A DNA stretch of 64,000 bases from Myxococcales bacterium. Its GTDB lineage: Bacteria > Myxococcota > UBA727 > JABDBI01. The notes below the pieces were generated by a model. That model saw only the letters and a list, made by a program, of their open reading frames with translations. It had not been told where the DNA came from and searched no databases. Positions 29,904-39,649 of this stretch are shown in pieces; positions within the stretch are counted from its first letter, which is position 1, and each line of letters begins with the position of its first letter. The stretch is taken from positions 1,719,381-1,783,380 of the forward strand of contig CP060221.1 of assembly GCA_023898405.1 (NCBI GenBank). Direction: 5' to 3'. A program made the position numbers and the translations under genes.

Positions 29904-32282
29904 ATGAACAGCATTTTTTCCCATGGAACGACCATCAAAGAGAGTATTCAAACGCATAAGCATCCTGATTTTGGTGTAGGGCACTCACGTAAAAAAATAG
30001 ATGCATTAGAAAAATTATTGGGGCGCACTCGTTATACCGATGATATTTCTTTACCAGGTATGCTTTTTGGTAAAATTGTACGAAGTCCCCATGCTCACGC
30101 GAGAATTATCAGTATCGATACATCGAGTATTTTGGATATGCCGGGTGTGGTGGATGTGATCATTGGGGCAGATATGCCTATTAAATATGGCGTGATTCCT
30201 TGGACCAAAGATGAATATCCCTTGGCGGTGGGAAAAACACGTTATGTTGGTGACGCTGTAGCTGCAGTTATCGCTCACAGTGAAAGCATCGCTTATGAAG
30301 CAGGGTTGAAATTGAAAGTAGAGTATGAGGTGTTACCAAGTATTCTGACGATAGCTCAGGCCAAAGTTACAGACGCACTACAAGTCAATGAACGGGCGAA
30401 AATAGGAAATATCACCAAGCATGTTGATTTAAGTTTTGGAAGTGTTGAAGAAAATTTGGCTCAAGCCGACGTAGTTATGAAAGAAAATTTTTCTTTTCAC
30501 AATACGACGCATGCTCCTATTGAGCCACACTGCGCTATTGGAAATTGCGATACTAATGGACGACTGACAGTTTATTCATCTACTCAAGTACCTCATTACT
30601 TGCACCGAACTTTATCTGAAGTACTAGATGTACCTGCTCATCAGATTCGTGTTATTCAACCTCCGCTGGGCGGTGCTTTTGGTGGTAAGAGTGAACCTTT
30701 TGATCTTGAGTTTGTAGTTGCGCTAGCATCGATGCGTTTGAAAAAGCCGGTAAAGATTCTCTATACGCGAGAAGAAGTATTTTTTGCTCATCGGGGTCGA
30801 CATCCTATGGATATAACAATGACCATGGGAGTAAAAAATAATGGCGAAATTATTGCGCTAAAAAATAATATTGAAATAGATGGTGGTGCCTATGCTTCGT
30901 TTGGCATGATTACTGCATTTTATGCTGGTCAATTGCTTTGTGGTCCGGTAGGAATGAAGAGCTATCAATTTTCATCGACTCGGTATTATACCAACAAACC
31001 AGCATGTGGCCCTAAACGAGGACATGGATCAGTGCAACCGCGTTTTGCTTTTGAAATAATGTGCGATATGGCGGCGGAAAAATTAAACATGGATCCCATT
31101 CAATTTCGCCTTATCAATGCTGTTAGCCCTGAATCTACAACTGTGAATGGTCAGCAGGTAGGAAGTTTAGGGCTTGAAGAGGTACTTTCGGAAGTAGCGC
31201 ATGCTTCTCAATGGACTGAGCGAAAAAAATTTTCTTACGGTCGTGGGCTTGGTGTGGCATGCAGCATGTATATCAGCGGTACTAATTATCCCGTTTACCC
31301 AAACGATATGCCTCAATCTTCAGTCTCTATTCGTTTTGATCGCTGTGGAGCACTGCATATTTTCAGCGGTGCGTCTGATATCGGACAAGGAGCAGCCACT
31401 GTGCTCGCTCAAATAGCGCAAGAAGAACTTGGTATTAATGGCGATAGAATCTGTGTTACCACTGCTGATACTGATCTTACTCCTGTAGATTTGGGAGCTT
31501 ATTCGAGCCGGGTGACTATGATGATGGGTCATGCAGCTATGGAGGCCTTTCGAAAAGCGCGTCATAAAATTTCTCAAGCTGTTGCTAAAAAATTGGGTGA
31601 ACGATTCTCAAAAGAGATTGATGATAGTGATTTAGTTTTTTCTAATGAGAGAATATTCCTCAAGGATGCTCCAGAAATATCTATGAGCTTTAACGATGCA
31701 CTCGTGTATTCGGAGTCCCTTTTTGGTTCTTTAGTTTTTAGCGGCGACTATCGGACGGTTGAACGTGGGGGAGACTATCGAGGAGGAAGCATTGGTGCAT
31801 CACCCGCCTATTCTTGTACGGCTCACATTGCAGATGTCAGTGTGGATACGAACACAGGAAAAATTAGCATCAATAAAATTTATGTAGCGCATGATTGTGG
31901 TCGCGCCATCAATCCACTTTTAGTTGAGGGGCAAATAGAGGGAAGCACCTACATGGGGGCCGCTGAAGTTGTACTTGAACAATTTATTGTGGATGAAGAA
32001 GAGGGGGCTCGTAAAGGAATGTTGATCGGTCCAAGTTTGCTCGACTACCGTATTCCTACAACGCTTGATACGCCACCGATACATTCGATCATTGTAGAAA
32101 AACCAGATAAAAATGGTCCATATGGTGCCAAAGAAGCAGGAGAAGGTCCTCTTCATAGCGCTATCCCTGCTGTAGCAAATGCTATTTATGCGGCTGTTGG
32201 GGTGAGATTGACTTCTCTTCCGTTTTCACCAGCACGAATCTTAGACGCTCTTAAAAAAAAAGGTGAGCCATGCTGCCCTTGA
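29904..32282 (+). CDS. Xanthine dehydrogenase-family molybdopterin-binding large subunit (aldehyde oxidase/CoxL-like)
   Basis: 792 aa with large-subunit motifs (PLGGAFGGK, GQGAATVLAQIAQEELG, VAHDCGRAINPLLVEGQIEG, GAKEAGEGPL). Start overlaps the small-subunit stop. Confidence 0.9.
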   Translation: MNSIFSHGTTIKESIQTHKHPDFGVGHSRKKIDALEKLLGRTRYTDDISLPGMLFGKIVRSPHAHARIISIDTSSILDMPGVVDVIIGADMPIKYGVIPWTKDEYPLAVGKTRYVGDAVAAVIAHSESIAYEAGLKLKVEYEVLPSILTIAQAKVTDALQVNERAKIGNITKHVDLSFGSVEENLAQADVVMKENFSFHNTTHAPIEPHCAIGNCDTNGRLTVYSSTQVPHYLHRTLSEVLDVPAHQIRVIQPPLGGAFGGKSEPFDLEFVVALASMRLKKPVKILYTREEVFFAHRGRHPMDITMTMGVKNNGEIIALKNNIEIDGGAYASFGMITAFYAGQLLCGPVGMKSYQFSSTRYYTNKPACGPKRGHGSVQPRFAFEIMCDMAAEKLNMDPIQFRLINAVSPESTTVNGQQVGSLGLEEVLSEVAHASQWTERKKFSYGRGLGVACSMYISGTNYPVYPNDMPQSSVSIRFDRCGALHIFSGASDIGQGAATVLAQIAQEELGINGDRICVTTADTDLTPVDLGAYSSRVTMMMGHAAMEAFRKARHKISQAVAKKLGERFSKEIDDSDLVFSNERIFLKDAPEISMSFNDALVYSESLFGSLVFSGDYRTVERGGDYRGGSIGASPAYSCTAHIADVSVDTNTGKISINKIYVAHDCGRAINPLLVEGQIEGSTYMGAAEVVLEQFIVDEEEGARKGMLIGPSLLDYRIPTTLDTPPIHSIIVEKPDKNGPYGAKEAGEGPLHSAIPAVANAIYAAVGVRLTSLPFSPARILDALKKKGEPCCP

Positions 32283-33250
32283 GTTCCTTTAGAGTTGAAA
32301 GCCCTTCGAATATGGCTCAACTTGCCGATTGTATTAAGAAAGCTTCTCAAAAAATTAAAATAATGTCGGGCGGAACAGATCTGATACCTAATCTTAAACA
32401 CCGCCTCTACGATATTGAACACATAATTTCTTTACAAAATATTCAGGAGCTGGATGGAGTAAAATTTGAAAATGGAAAAATTTATATCGGAGCAAATTTA
32501 AAACTTTGTGAAGTCATTTCTAATGATGTACTTGAGAATTATTGTCCAGCGCTAAAAGAGGCGGCATCACATATTGCTTCACCTCAGATTCGTAATATGG
32601 CAACTGTGGGGGGCAATATTTGTCTTGATACTCGTTGTTTATACTTTAATCAGAGTGAATTTTGGCGTTCAGCTTTAGGGTATTGCCTTAAAAAAGACGG
32701 TACAGTGTGCCATGTCATAAAAACCGGGAAACGCTGTGTTGCTGCAAGTTCTAATGATCTTGTAAGCGTGCTGCTTGCTTTAAAGGCCCGGCTTTGTATT
32801 TGGTCGCCTGGCCATGAATATGAAATAGATTTGGATGATTTTTATACAGCCAACGGTCTCAAAAATAATAAGCTTGGTGATGGTGAGATTGTTAGCAAAG
32901 TTTATTTCGAAGCAGTGAAAAATAAATGTACGGGCTTTGCCAAGTTGCGCCACCGACAGAGCATTGATTTTTCTCTCATAAGTGTTGGAGTGAGTTATAT
33001 GCTCGAGCATGAGCGAGTAAGAGATCTAACGGTGGTTGTTAATGCGTTGGTGGCAAAACCTAAGGTTCTTGTATTTCCGCAATTGGAACATACAACACTA
33101 GATAATCGTTTGATCAATGAAGTGGCGCTTCAGTCAGCTCAGAAGTGTCATCCTCAGAGCAATATCTGTGATGATCCTAAGTGGCGCAAAGAGATGGTTA
33201 AAATCTATGTTGAGCGTGCCTTTGAAAATAGTTTGAAAAATAGAAAATAG
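32270..33250 (+). CDS. Molybdenum hydroxylase FAD-binding medium subunit (CoxM-like)
   Basis: 326 aa with FAD-binding signature (MSGGTDLIPNLK, MATVGGNIC, CVAASSNDLVSVLLAL); overlaps the large-subunit gene by 13 nt. Confidence 0.85.
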   Translation: MLPLSSFRVESPSNMAQLADCIKKASQKIKIMSGGTDLIPNLKHRLYDIEHIISLQNIQELDGVKFENGKIYIGANLKLCEVISNDVLENYCPALKEAASHIASPQIRNMATVGGNICLDTRCLYFNQSEFWRSALGYCLKKDGTVCHVIKTGKRCVAASSNDLVSVLLALKARLCIWSPGHEYEIDLDDFYTANGLKNNKLGDGEIVSKVYFEAVKNKCTGFAKLRHRQSIDFSLISVGVSYMLEHERVRDLTVVVNALVAKPKVLVFPQLEHTTLDNRLINEVALQSAQKCHPQSNICDDPKWRKEMVKIYVERAFENSLKNRK

Positions 33251-33337
33251 TTGTATTTTTATAATGATTTTTAGTGAAAATAAAAATAGGTGAAAGATGG
33301 CGCAAATAAATTTTTATTTTAGCTTGGGAAACAATTT

Positions 33338-34414
33338 ATGTTGTTAAAAACTTCACAAGAAAGTTTAAAAAAAATTTTTCAATACGTGAGTAAAGTTCCA
33401 TTTGCTAAATCAATCATTCATAGTTTAAGTGAAGCAGCAAGTGGAAAATCAATAGTGTTTTTTTCTCTGCACCAAATTATCAATAAAAACCAAAATAATT
33501 TTTATGTTAACCCTCGAGCTTTTGATGTTGAAAAGTTAACCAAATCATTAATGGAAATTAATAGAACTATTCCCTTTATTTCCTTAAGTGAAGCCGTTGA
33601 TATGCTTAAAGGAGAGCAAAAATTTGTTCGTTCTCATGGAGTGCTTGTGCTTGAGGTGCCCTATGTCAAAACATTAAAAATTCTGCTGCCAATTTTAGAA
33701 AAGCTATCTCTTCCCGTGTGCATTATGCTCAGTGTAAACTCAATTTCAACTGGCGAGTTTGAATGGGTTGAAGAAATAATATATCGATTTCATTCTAGCA
33801 ATAAAATGAGTTTTTCTGTTAGTTATATTGATCGATCATTTCCGTTATTTAGTGTCGATGAACGTAATGTTGCTGCTCGAAATATTATAGATCACTTGAT
33901 TCATTGTCGCCCTGCTATTTTAAAGCAAAAATTAGCAGAGATGCGGAATGCATTGGGTGATAGCACGGTAACTATTTCACATGATCGGGTTGCTACCATA
34001 GCTCAGCTAAAAGAGTTGGGGGAAAATCCTCTTGTACACTTCGGAGCAGCTGGATATTTTCACTGGCCTTTTTATGAAATTAATCCAGATGAGGTGGACA
34101 ATGAAATCATCACTGCAAAGGAAAAATTAAGCTTCTTGTTTGGAGAGGCGTTTATACCGGTGTTTTATTATCCTTTGGGTTTTGAAAAAAAACACAACCA
34201 AGATATTGTAGATAAGCTAATCATAAACGGTTATGAAGCTGCCATTACACACTCTTTAGGTATCTGCCACCCTGGCGATAATATGTTTCGCCTGCCTTGT
34301 TTGCCTTTGGATCCAACTACTAAAAGCTTTGATCAGTATCAACTCATGGGGCTTTCCGATGCCATAGAAGAGTTTTTATTGGTAACTTTGGCTCAGGATA
34401 AAAATTTAAGCTGA
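33338..34414 (+). CDS. Hypothetical protein
   Basis: 358-aa ORF immediately downstream of the hydroxylase operon; no motif recognised with confidence. Confidence 0.45.
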   Translation: MLLKTSQESLKKIFQYVSKVPFAKSIIHSLSEAASGKSIVFFSLHQIINKNQNNFYVNPRAFDVEKLTKSLMEINRTIPFISLSEAVDMLKGEQKFVRSHGVLVLEVPYVKTLKILLPILEKLSLPVCIMLSVNSISTGEFEWVEEIIYRFHSSNKMSFSVSYIDRSFPLFSVDERNVAARNIIDHLIHCRPAILKQKLAEMRNALGDSTVTISHDRVATIAQLKELGENPLVHFGAAGYFHWPFYEINPDEVDNEIITAKEKLSFLFGEAFIPVFYYPLGFEKKHNQDIVDKLIINGYEAAITHSLGICHPGDNMFRLPCLPLDPTTKSFDQYQLMGLSDAIEEFLLVTLAQDKNLS

Positions 34415-34677
34415 GCAGCCTTGCAAAAGCCAAATATTATTTTTTTATAAATTATTTGCTCGTAAGTTTAAGAGACTGTTTTAAAGGTATTTAGCAAAGC
34501 ATTTTAGGCTAATTTTTCCCCTAAGCAACAAGAAATTTTTGCTAATATGCTGGATATTGTTAGCAAATTCCTCGTTGATTTTGCGAAAAAATTTCCTCAA
34601 AAAACATTTGTTAAATACTTTCTAAGCACAATGGTCCAAAAAATAATTCATTTAATATAAATGAAAAAGGAAAGATT

Positions 34678-35040
34678 ATGAGAAACATATTTATGATCTA
34701 TTTATTACCATTGGCAATTTTCTCACATTTTCTTGGAGCAGAAGTTTTAAGAGGGCAGGCTTCATCTGAAGTAAACAGCACGGAAATCGCTCAAGTGCTT
34801 TTAGAGGCAGCTCCTCAAATAGCTGCACAAAATCTTAAATGGATAGATAGGGTTGATAACATCGAAAAAGTTAAAAGTGCAGATGGCAATGAATATGTAA
34901 TTAAGCTCTGTAGAAAAGATGGAGATTTTTTTACAGAAGCTATGAATATTTCTATTATGCAAACTTATCGACGACTTGGGCGCTTGATGGTTCCTACGTA
35001 CACAGTTAAAAGCCATGCTATACCAGGATCTTGCTCATAA
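34678..35040 (+). CDS. Hypothetical small secreted protein
   Basis: 120-aa ORF with hydrophobic N-terminus (MRNIFMIYLLPLAIFSHFLGA), preceded by an AAGGAAAG RBS-like sequence. Confidence 0.4.
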   Translation: MRNIFMIYLLPLAIFSHFLGAEVLRGQASSEVNSTEIAQVLLEAAPQIAAQNLKWIDRVDNIEKVKSADGNEYVIKLCRKDGDFFTEAMNISIMQTYRRLGRLMVPTYTVKSHAIPGSCS

Positions 35041-35169
35041 TTTTTTGTTAAAAAACCTTTTAAGCAGTTTTTATTGCTAGAAGCTTGAGCCCCGCAATAT
35101 GTAAAGTTTTTGGGGATTGATAAATAAAACTCACAATCATAAGTCAGTGAAAAAATTAAGGAGTTTTGT

Positions 35170-35451
35170 GTGTCGATCCATAGTCTTACTAAAGATGCCA
35201 TTGAAAAGATTTTGCAAGAACAATTTAAGCCACTTTCATTAGAGGTTATTGATGACAGTCATGCTCATCGTGGACATGCTGCAGCTTTAGAACAACCACA
35301 GGCAGGTCACTTTAGTGTAATGATGGTGAGTGAGGCTTTTAATGGTTTAAACCAGGTTAAGAGGCATCGCTTGGTTTATCAGGCGCTCGGCGAACTGATG
35401 CATGCCAAAATTCATGCTCTATCTTTGAATCTCAGAGCCATCGACGAGTAA
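35170..35451 (+). CDS. BolA-family protein
   Basis: 93 aa with the BolA core (LEVIDDSHAHRGHAA...HFSVMMVSEAFNGLNQVKRHRLVYQAL). Confidence 0.8.
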   Translation: MSIHSLTKDAIEKILQEQFKPLSLEVIDDSHAHRGHAAALEQPQAGHFSVMMVSEAFNGLNQVKRHRLVYQALGELMHAKIHALSLNLRAIDE

Positions 35452-36261
35452 TTGCATGAGTTCTTTTTTGAGCACCCGAGCGGCATTGCTTGTTTGATTG
35501 TCCGCCCGATAGATCAAACAGTGGCTGTCTTGAATTTGCGGCAATGATACATCCAATAACTCGAGCTCGGGGCTTTTTATGCGCCCCGGAAGTATTCCAA
35601 CTCCCGCACCTGCCTTTACCAAAGCGTTGACCATGCCAAGAGAAGAAGTGGTGATGGTGCGTTTAAAATCTAAGCCTCTTTTTTTTATGCTGTTGAGCAA
35701 ATTTTGTGACTGCAAAAGATCAGGATCTAGAATGAGCGTATCTTTGTTGTAGTTTTTTGCCTGCACATAGAGGCCAACCTGATCACTTTGAAACTCTCGA
35801 ATTACCAAATCAGGGTGATAGGTTGGATTTACTACGATCGCAAAATCAATATCAAAACTAATGACTCGATCAGTAATAACTCGAGAAAGATCGTGTACTA
35901 GCGATATTTCTAAGTTTGGATACTTGCTCATAAGTGCAGTTAAAATAGGCGGTAAGATTCTTATGGCTAAGGCAATGTGAGTACCGATAAAATATCGGCC
36001 ACTCACGAGATCGCTTTGCTTTTTTATATCAGAGCACAAATTCTCCCAAAGGCTGAGTAGCTCATGAGAGCGTTCCTTAAAAAGTTGACCAGCCTTGGTA
36101 ATCTCTACGCCTGATTTGGAGCGAATAAAAAGAGGTGTACCTGCAAAATTTTCAAGCCGTTTTATTGCAAGACTAAGTGATGGCTGAGCTAAACCTAGGA
36201 GCTCAGATGCTCGAGAAATATTTTTACTCTTACAGACGGTTAAAAAATATTTTAGATCCAT
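35419..36261 (-). CDS. LysR-family transcriptional regulator
   Basis: N-terminal HTH MDLKYFLTVCKSKNISRASELLGLAQPSLSLAIKRLENFAGTPLFIR and LysR substrate-binding fold. Start at Met of MDLKYF (36261). Confidence 0.9.
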   Translation of the reverse strand: MDLKYFLTVCKSKNISRASELLGLAQPSLSLAIKRLENFAGTPLFIRSKSGVEITKAGQLFKERSHELLSLWENLCSDIKKQSDLVSGRYFIGTHIALAIRILPPILTALMSKYPNLEISLVHDLSRVITDRVISFDIDFAIVVNPTYHPDLVIREFQSDQVGLYVQAKNYNKDTLILDPDLLQSQNLLNSIKKRGLDFKRTITTSSLGMVNALVKAGAGVGILPGRIKSPELELLDVSLPQIQDSHCLIYRADNQTSNAARVLKKELMQLLVDGSEIQR

Positions 36262-36360
36262 AGCTTGAGGCATCATATAAAAATTTCCTATGATTTAATT
36301 GGTTTAAAGCATGGACTTCGAGATTTTATTCGAGAGAGCATTGCATATACCAATCCCATA

Positions 36361-36438
36361 AATTAACTGAGCTTTTAATTTCTTCCTGGTCCTCGCTTTG
36401 CTGCGGGTGTTCAGAAATTAAAGGCTCAGTTAAATTCT
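36361..36438. repeat. Palindromic ~80-bp repeat element, copy 1 (inverted relative to copy 2)
   Basis: TTAACTGAGC...GCTCAGTTAA terminal 10-bp inverted repeats around a core containing TGCTGCGGGTGTTCAGAAATTAAA; the reverse complement matches the copy at 38105..38186 at about 85% over ~60 nt. Confidence 0.6.
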
Positions 36439-36457
36439 GGGATTTTGTATTAAAAGC

Positions 36458-37879
36458 CTAGCACGTTTCTTCTGTATTTTGCACGTTGACACCTTGGTCA
36501 GCTGAGGATGCTGAGCGATTGAGCAGACTATTTTTATAGCCGTAGAAAGCATAGATCATTATTCCTGCCACCATCCATACGATGAATCTTAACCATGTTT
36601 CAGCGGGCAGGCTCACCATTAGATAGAGGCAAAAAATAATTCCCATAACGGGGATGAAAGGGTGAAATCCAAGTTTAAAAGGTCTGTGCATTTCAGGCTT
36701 ACTTATTCTTAGAACGATCACTCCGCTGCACACGAGAATAAATGCGGCAAGTGTGCCAATGTTGACCATCTCCGCAAGTTTACCAATAGGAGTTAGTCCT
36801 GCGATGATGGACATAAAAACACCGCTAAGCATGATGATGGAGACAGGAGTTTTTGTTTTTGGATGGACTTTGGCAAAGCGCTGCGAGAGCAATCCATCCC
36901 GAGAAATAGCTAAGAATATTCGCGAGAATCCATAGTAGAGAACCAGCATCACTGTAGTGAGACCTGCAATGGCTCCTGCAGAAATAAAGCCTGCAGCAAT
37001 CGGGTGATCGAGGTTAAGTAAAACTTCCGCTACCGGAGATTTAACATTCAATGATGTGTAAGGAACTATCAGGGTGAGTAGGGCCGATACCATCATGTAA
37101 ATTGCTGTGCAGACAAAGAGAGATACAATAATTCCTATGGGAAGATTTTTTTGTGGGTTAATGGTTTCTTCTGCGGCGGTTGAAACAGCATCAAACCCAA
37201 TGTAAGCAAAAAATACCAAAGCTGCACCCTGCATTACTCCATGCCAGCCAAAAGGCATAAAACTTTGCCAGTGTTGTCCATCGACGTGAGTAAAAGAAAC
37301 ACCAATAAATGTTGCAATAGCTAAAAGTTTGACGAATACAATCACGGTGTTAAAGCGCGTACTTTCACGGGTACCAATGCTTAATAAAACAGCAAGTAGC
37401 AATATAATGAGAGAAGCTGGTAAATCGATGATGCCACCTTCAAAAAAGTTTTTACTAAGAGCTACGGGAAGCGATATTCCCATGGAAGCTAAGGCATTTG
37501 AAACATAGCCCGACCAGCCGATAGCAACAGTAGAAATACCAAGCCCATATTCAAGCAACAAATCCCACCCGATGATCCAAGCGATAAATTCGCCGAGTCC
37601 AGCATAGGCATAGCCATATGCACTTCCGCATCCACCAATGCTTGCGGCCAATTCCGCATAAGAAAGTGCTACAAAAACACAGGCAAGACCAGCCACAATA
37701 TAGCTTAAAATAATTGCAGGGCCTGCGCTGGTTGCGGCTACAACACCGGTTATCACAAAGATACCAGCGCCAATAATTGCCCCTACTCCTAAAAATGTTA
37801 CATCCATTGCACCGAGACAGCGTTTTAATGATCCTTCACCGTCGGTGGAACCAATAGGTTTTGTTCGCAAAAGACTCAT
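36458..37879 (-). CDS. APC-family amino acid permease
   Basis: 473 aa, ~12 predicted TM segments, typical APC N-terminal signature (FLGVGAIIGAGIFVITGVVAATSAGPAIILSYIVAGLACVFVALSYAELA). Confidence 0.9.
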   Translation of the reverse strand: MSLLRTKPIGSTDGEGSLKRCLGAMDVTFLGVGAIIGAGIFVITGVVAATSAGPAIILSYIVAGLACVFVALSYAELAASIGGCGSAYGYAYAGLGEFIAWIIGWDLLLEYGLGISTVAIGWSGYVSNALASMGISLPVALSKNFFEGGIIDLPASLIILLLAVLLSIGTRESTRFNTVIVFVKLLAIATFIGVSFTHVDGQHWQSFMPFGWHGVMQGAALVFFAYIGFDAVSTAAEETINPQKNLPIGIIVSLFVCTAIYMMVSALLTLIVPYTSLNVKSPVAEVLLNLDHPIAAGFISAGAIAGLTTVMLVLYYGFSRIFLAISRDGLLSQRFAKVHPKTKTPVSIIMLSGVFMSIIAGLTPIGKLAEMVNIGTLAAFILVCSGVIVLRISKPEMHRPFKLGFHPFIPVMGIIFCLYLMVSLPAETWLRFIVWMVAGIMIYAFYGYKNSLLNRSASSADQGVNVQNTEETC

Positions 37880-38104
37880 ATATTTAGGTCCTATTTAATA
37901 TGGTTTCTTTTTGTAACTATACTTTATATGAGAAAGTTGGATTGAAATCATTTGAAATAAGTGGGGGAAAATTTGAATTTAATGATGGTGTATTTTAATT
38001 TTAATTTCGTTTTATTTTTATTTTTTAAAGAATAGGAGAAATGAATTTTGCTACAACTGCCCAAGATATTTACTAAAAATAGACCTCAAGGTGATACCAC
38101 TCTT

Positions 38105-38186
38105 AGAAATTAACCAAGCTTTTAATTTCTGAACACCCGCAGCACAGCAAGGCCTAGGAATAGATTAAAGGCTTGGTTAATTTCTG
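38105..38186. repeat. Palindromic ~80-bp repeat element, copy 2
   Basis: TTAACCAAGC...GCTTGGTTAA terminal inverted repeats around core TTTAATTTCTGAACACCCGCAGCACAGCAAGG; related to copy 1 in opposite orientation. Confidence 0.6.
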
Positions 38187-38268
38187 GGGGTGGTATAGCA
38201 ACTCTACACGCCTTGAAAACAGCGAATGCTTTAGTAGTATCAGTGCTGTTGTTAAATAAGGTAAAATT

Positions 38269-38958
38269 ATGCGATTATTTTTGGCTTTGATTTTATACGG
38301 ACTAATATTTTCATCTTGCAGGCAGCAACTACCAGTAAATCAAAAAATTCCTTCTCAGGCTGATACAACAAAGGTAGATGCTCAAAAGACTCAACGTCGC
38401 ATGCTTTTTTCCATTGATGAGGGAAAGCATGTGCATGGTGATCCCAATGCTCGTGTTCCCGTAGTGGTTTTTATTGACTACTTAAGTGCCCATAGTGCAC
38501 GTAGTTTTCGTGTTTTAAAGGAGTTGTTAGCCGATCAGCAACTTAAGCTTATTATACGTATTTCGTTTCGCCATTATCCTAGAGGACAAGAGAGTATCAA
38601 AGCGGCCAAGGCAGCCCTAGCGTCAGGTTTGCAAGGCAAACATTTTTTTTGGCGCATGTCACAAAAATTGTTTGATGCTGATGGCGAAATAGATGACTCC
38701 ATTTACATCAAAGCAGCACAAGAAATAGGACTCGATAGCCAGCGCTTTAGCCAAGATATGCTTGAAAACGAAAGCAAATTTATGCACCTATTGAGGAGTG
38801 ATGCTACTACAATGCGCAAGGTGAGAAATGTTGCCAAAGTAGGTGAAATTTTTGTGGGAGGTCATATTTATCGGGGACCAATGAAGCGAGCAAGCTTAAA
38901 ACGATTTATTATGGCGGTTAAAAATTATAACGAACGTGCAATCAGTCCAAGTTCGTAG
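38269..38958 (+). CDS. DsbA-like thioredoxin-fold lipoprotein lacking the CxxC active site (putative)
   Basis: 229 aa; lipobox LIFSSC; position expected for CxxC reads FIDYLSAHSARSF (Ser-Ala-His-Ser at 38485..38496). Fold assignment by pattern only. Confidence 0.45.
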   Translation: MRLFLALILYGLIFSSCRQQLPVNQKIPSQADTTKVDAQKTQRRMLFSIDEGKHVHGDPNARVPVVVFIDYLSAHSARSFRVLKELLADQQLKLIIRISFRHYPRGQESIKAAKAALASGLQGKHFFWRMSQKLFDADGEIDDSIYIKAAQEIGLDSQRFSQDMLENESKFMHLLRSDATTMRKVRNVAKVGEIFVGGHIYRGPMKRASLKRFIMAVKNYNERAISPSS

Positions 38959-39019
38959 TGCGAATTTATTGGAAATAAATAAAAAACCTCGGCGGTATTC
39001 GCATACTCCGAGGCATCAC

Positions 39020-39452
39020 ATTGTCGTAGAAAAGTAATAAGCCGGGTTCTGTCCGCGCTGTCATTGCTGAACAGCGATGGATGGACATTCATCTGGGAGC
39101 ATTGTTGCCAATGCCCTCGAGCGGTCTCCTTAGAAATCTATCACGCGGGCAGCGTGTGGAACTTTCGTCCCAGATTTCCCCATGACCTTTCACCGGGTGG
39201 GGTTTACCGTGCCGCATTTGTCTCCAAATGCGCGGTGTGCTCTTACCACACCGTTTCACCCTTTCCGCTTGGTGATCCGATACCCAGAGGAGACGAAACA
39301 TCGGTCGCAAGTATCGGCATAGCGGAGGTTTATTTTCTGTGACACTATCCTTCAAGTCGCCTTGACCGGCTGTTAGCCGGCACCGCGCCCTATGGTGCCC
39401 GGACTTTCCTCCAAGTGCAAATGCACTCAGCGTCCACCTCTTTTTCTACGGC
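39020..39452 (-). ncRNA. rnpB: RNase P RNA, bacterial type A
   Basis: Minus-strand sequence carries the universal blocks GGAGGAAAGTCCGGGCACCATAGGGC, GGGTGAAACGGTGTGGTAAGAGCACACCG, GGCACGGTAAACCCCACCCGG and ACAGAACCCGGCTTAT; P1 pairing CGTAGAAAAAG (5') with CTTTTCTACG (3') sets the ends. Boundaries +/- 10 nt. Confidence 0.9.
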
Positions 39453-39649
39453 AATTCCTAAGCTATGCCAGGTTTTTTCTAAAATCCAATTCCTATCTGC
39501 CATGAATTTAAAAAAAATGCCTAACACAGTGATTTTAAATGGAAATTATTGCCTAAAAAAAATATAACGTCTGAGAATATCTGAAAAAATTTTTTTATTG
39601 AATTTATTCAGCCTATGCACCCGTACTATCTACTAAAATGCCTGCAGGA

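Larger units (their letters stand above)
28439..29907 (+). pseudogene. 2Fe-2S small subunit of a xanthine dehydrogenase-family molybdenum hydroxylase, interrupted by an IS5-family insertion
   Basis: N-terminal fragment 28439..28632 (GCDKGDCGACTVLL) and C-terminal fragment 29541..29907 (CGALQCGFCQPGMIL...LCRCTGYSKI). Deleting the IS and one TAA copy restores a continuous frame ...CGACTVLLNGKPVLSCLTLAQL... with both [2Fe-2S] Cys clusters. Confidence 0.9.

Noticed and set aside
39064-39355. ORFs 39064..39342 (+) and 39089..39355 (-)
   Set aside because: Fall entirely within the RNase P RNA gene; GC-rich structured RNA generates spurious ORFs.
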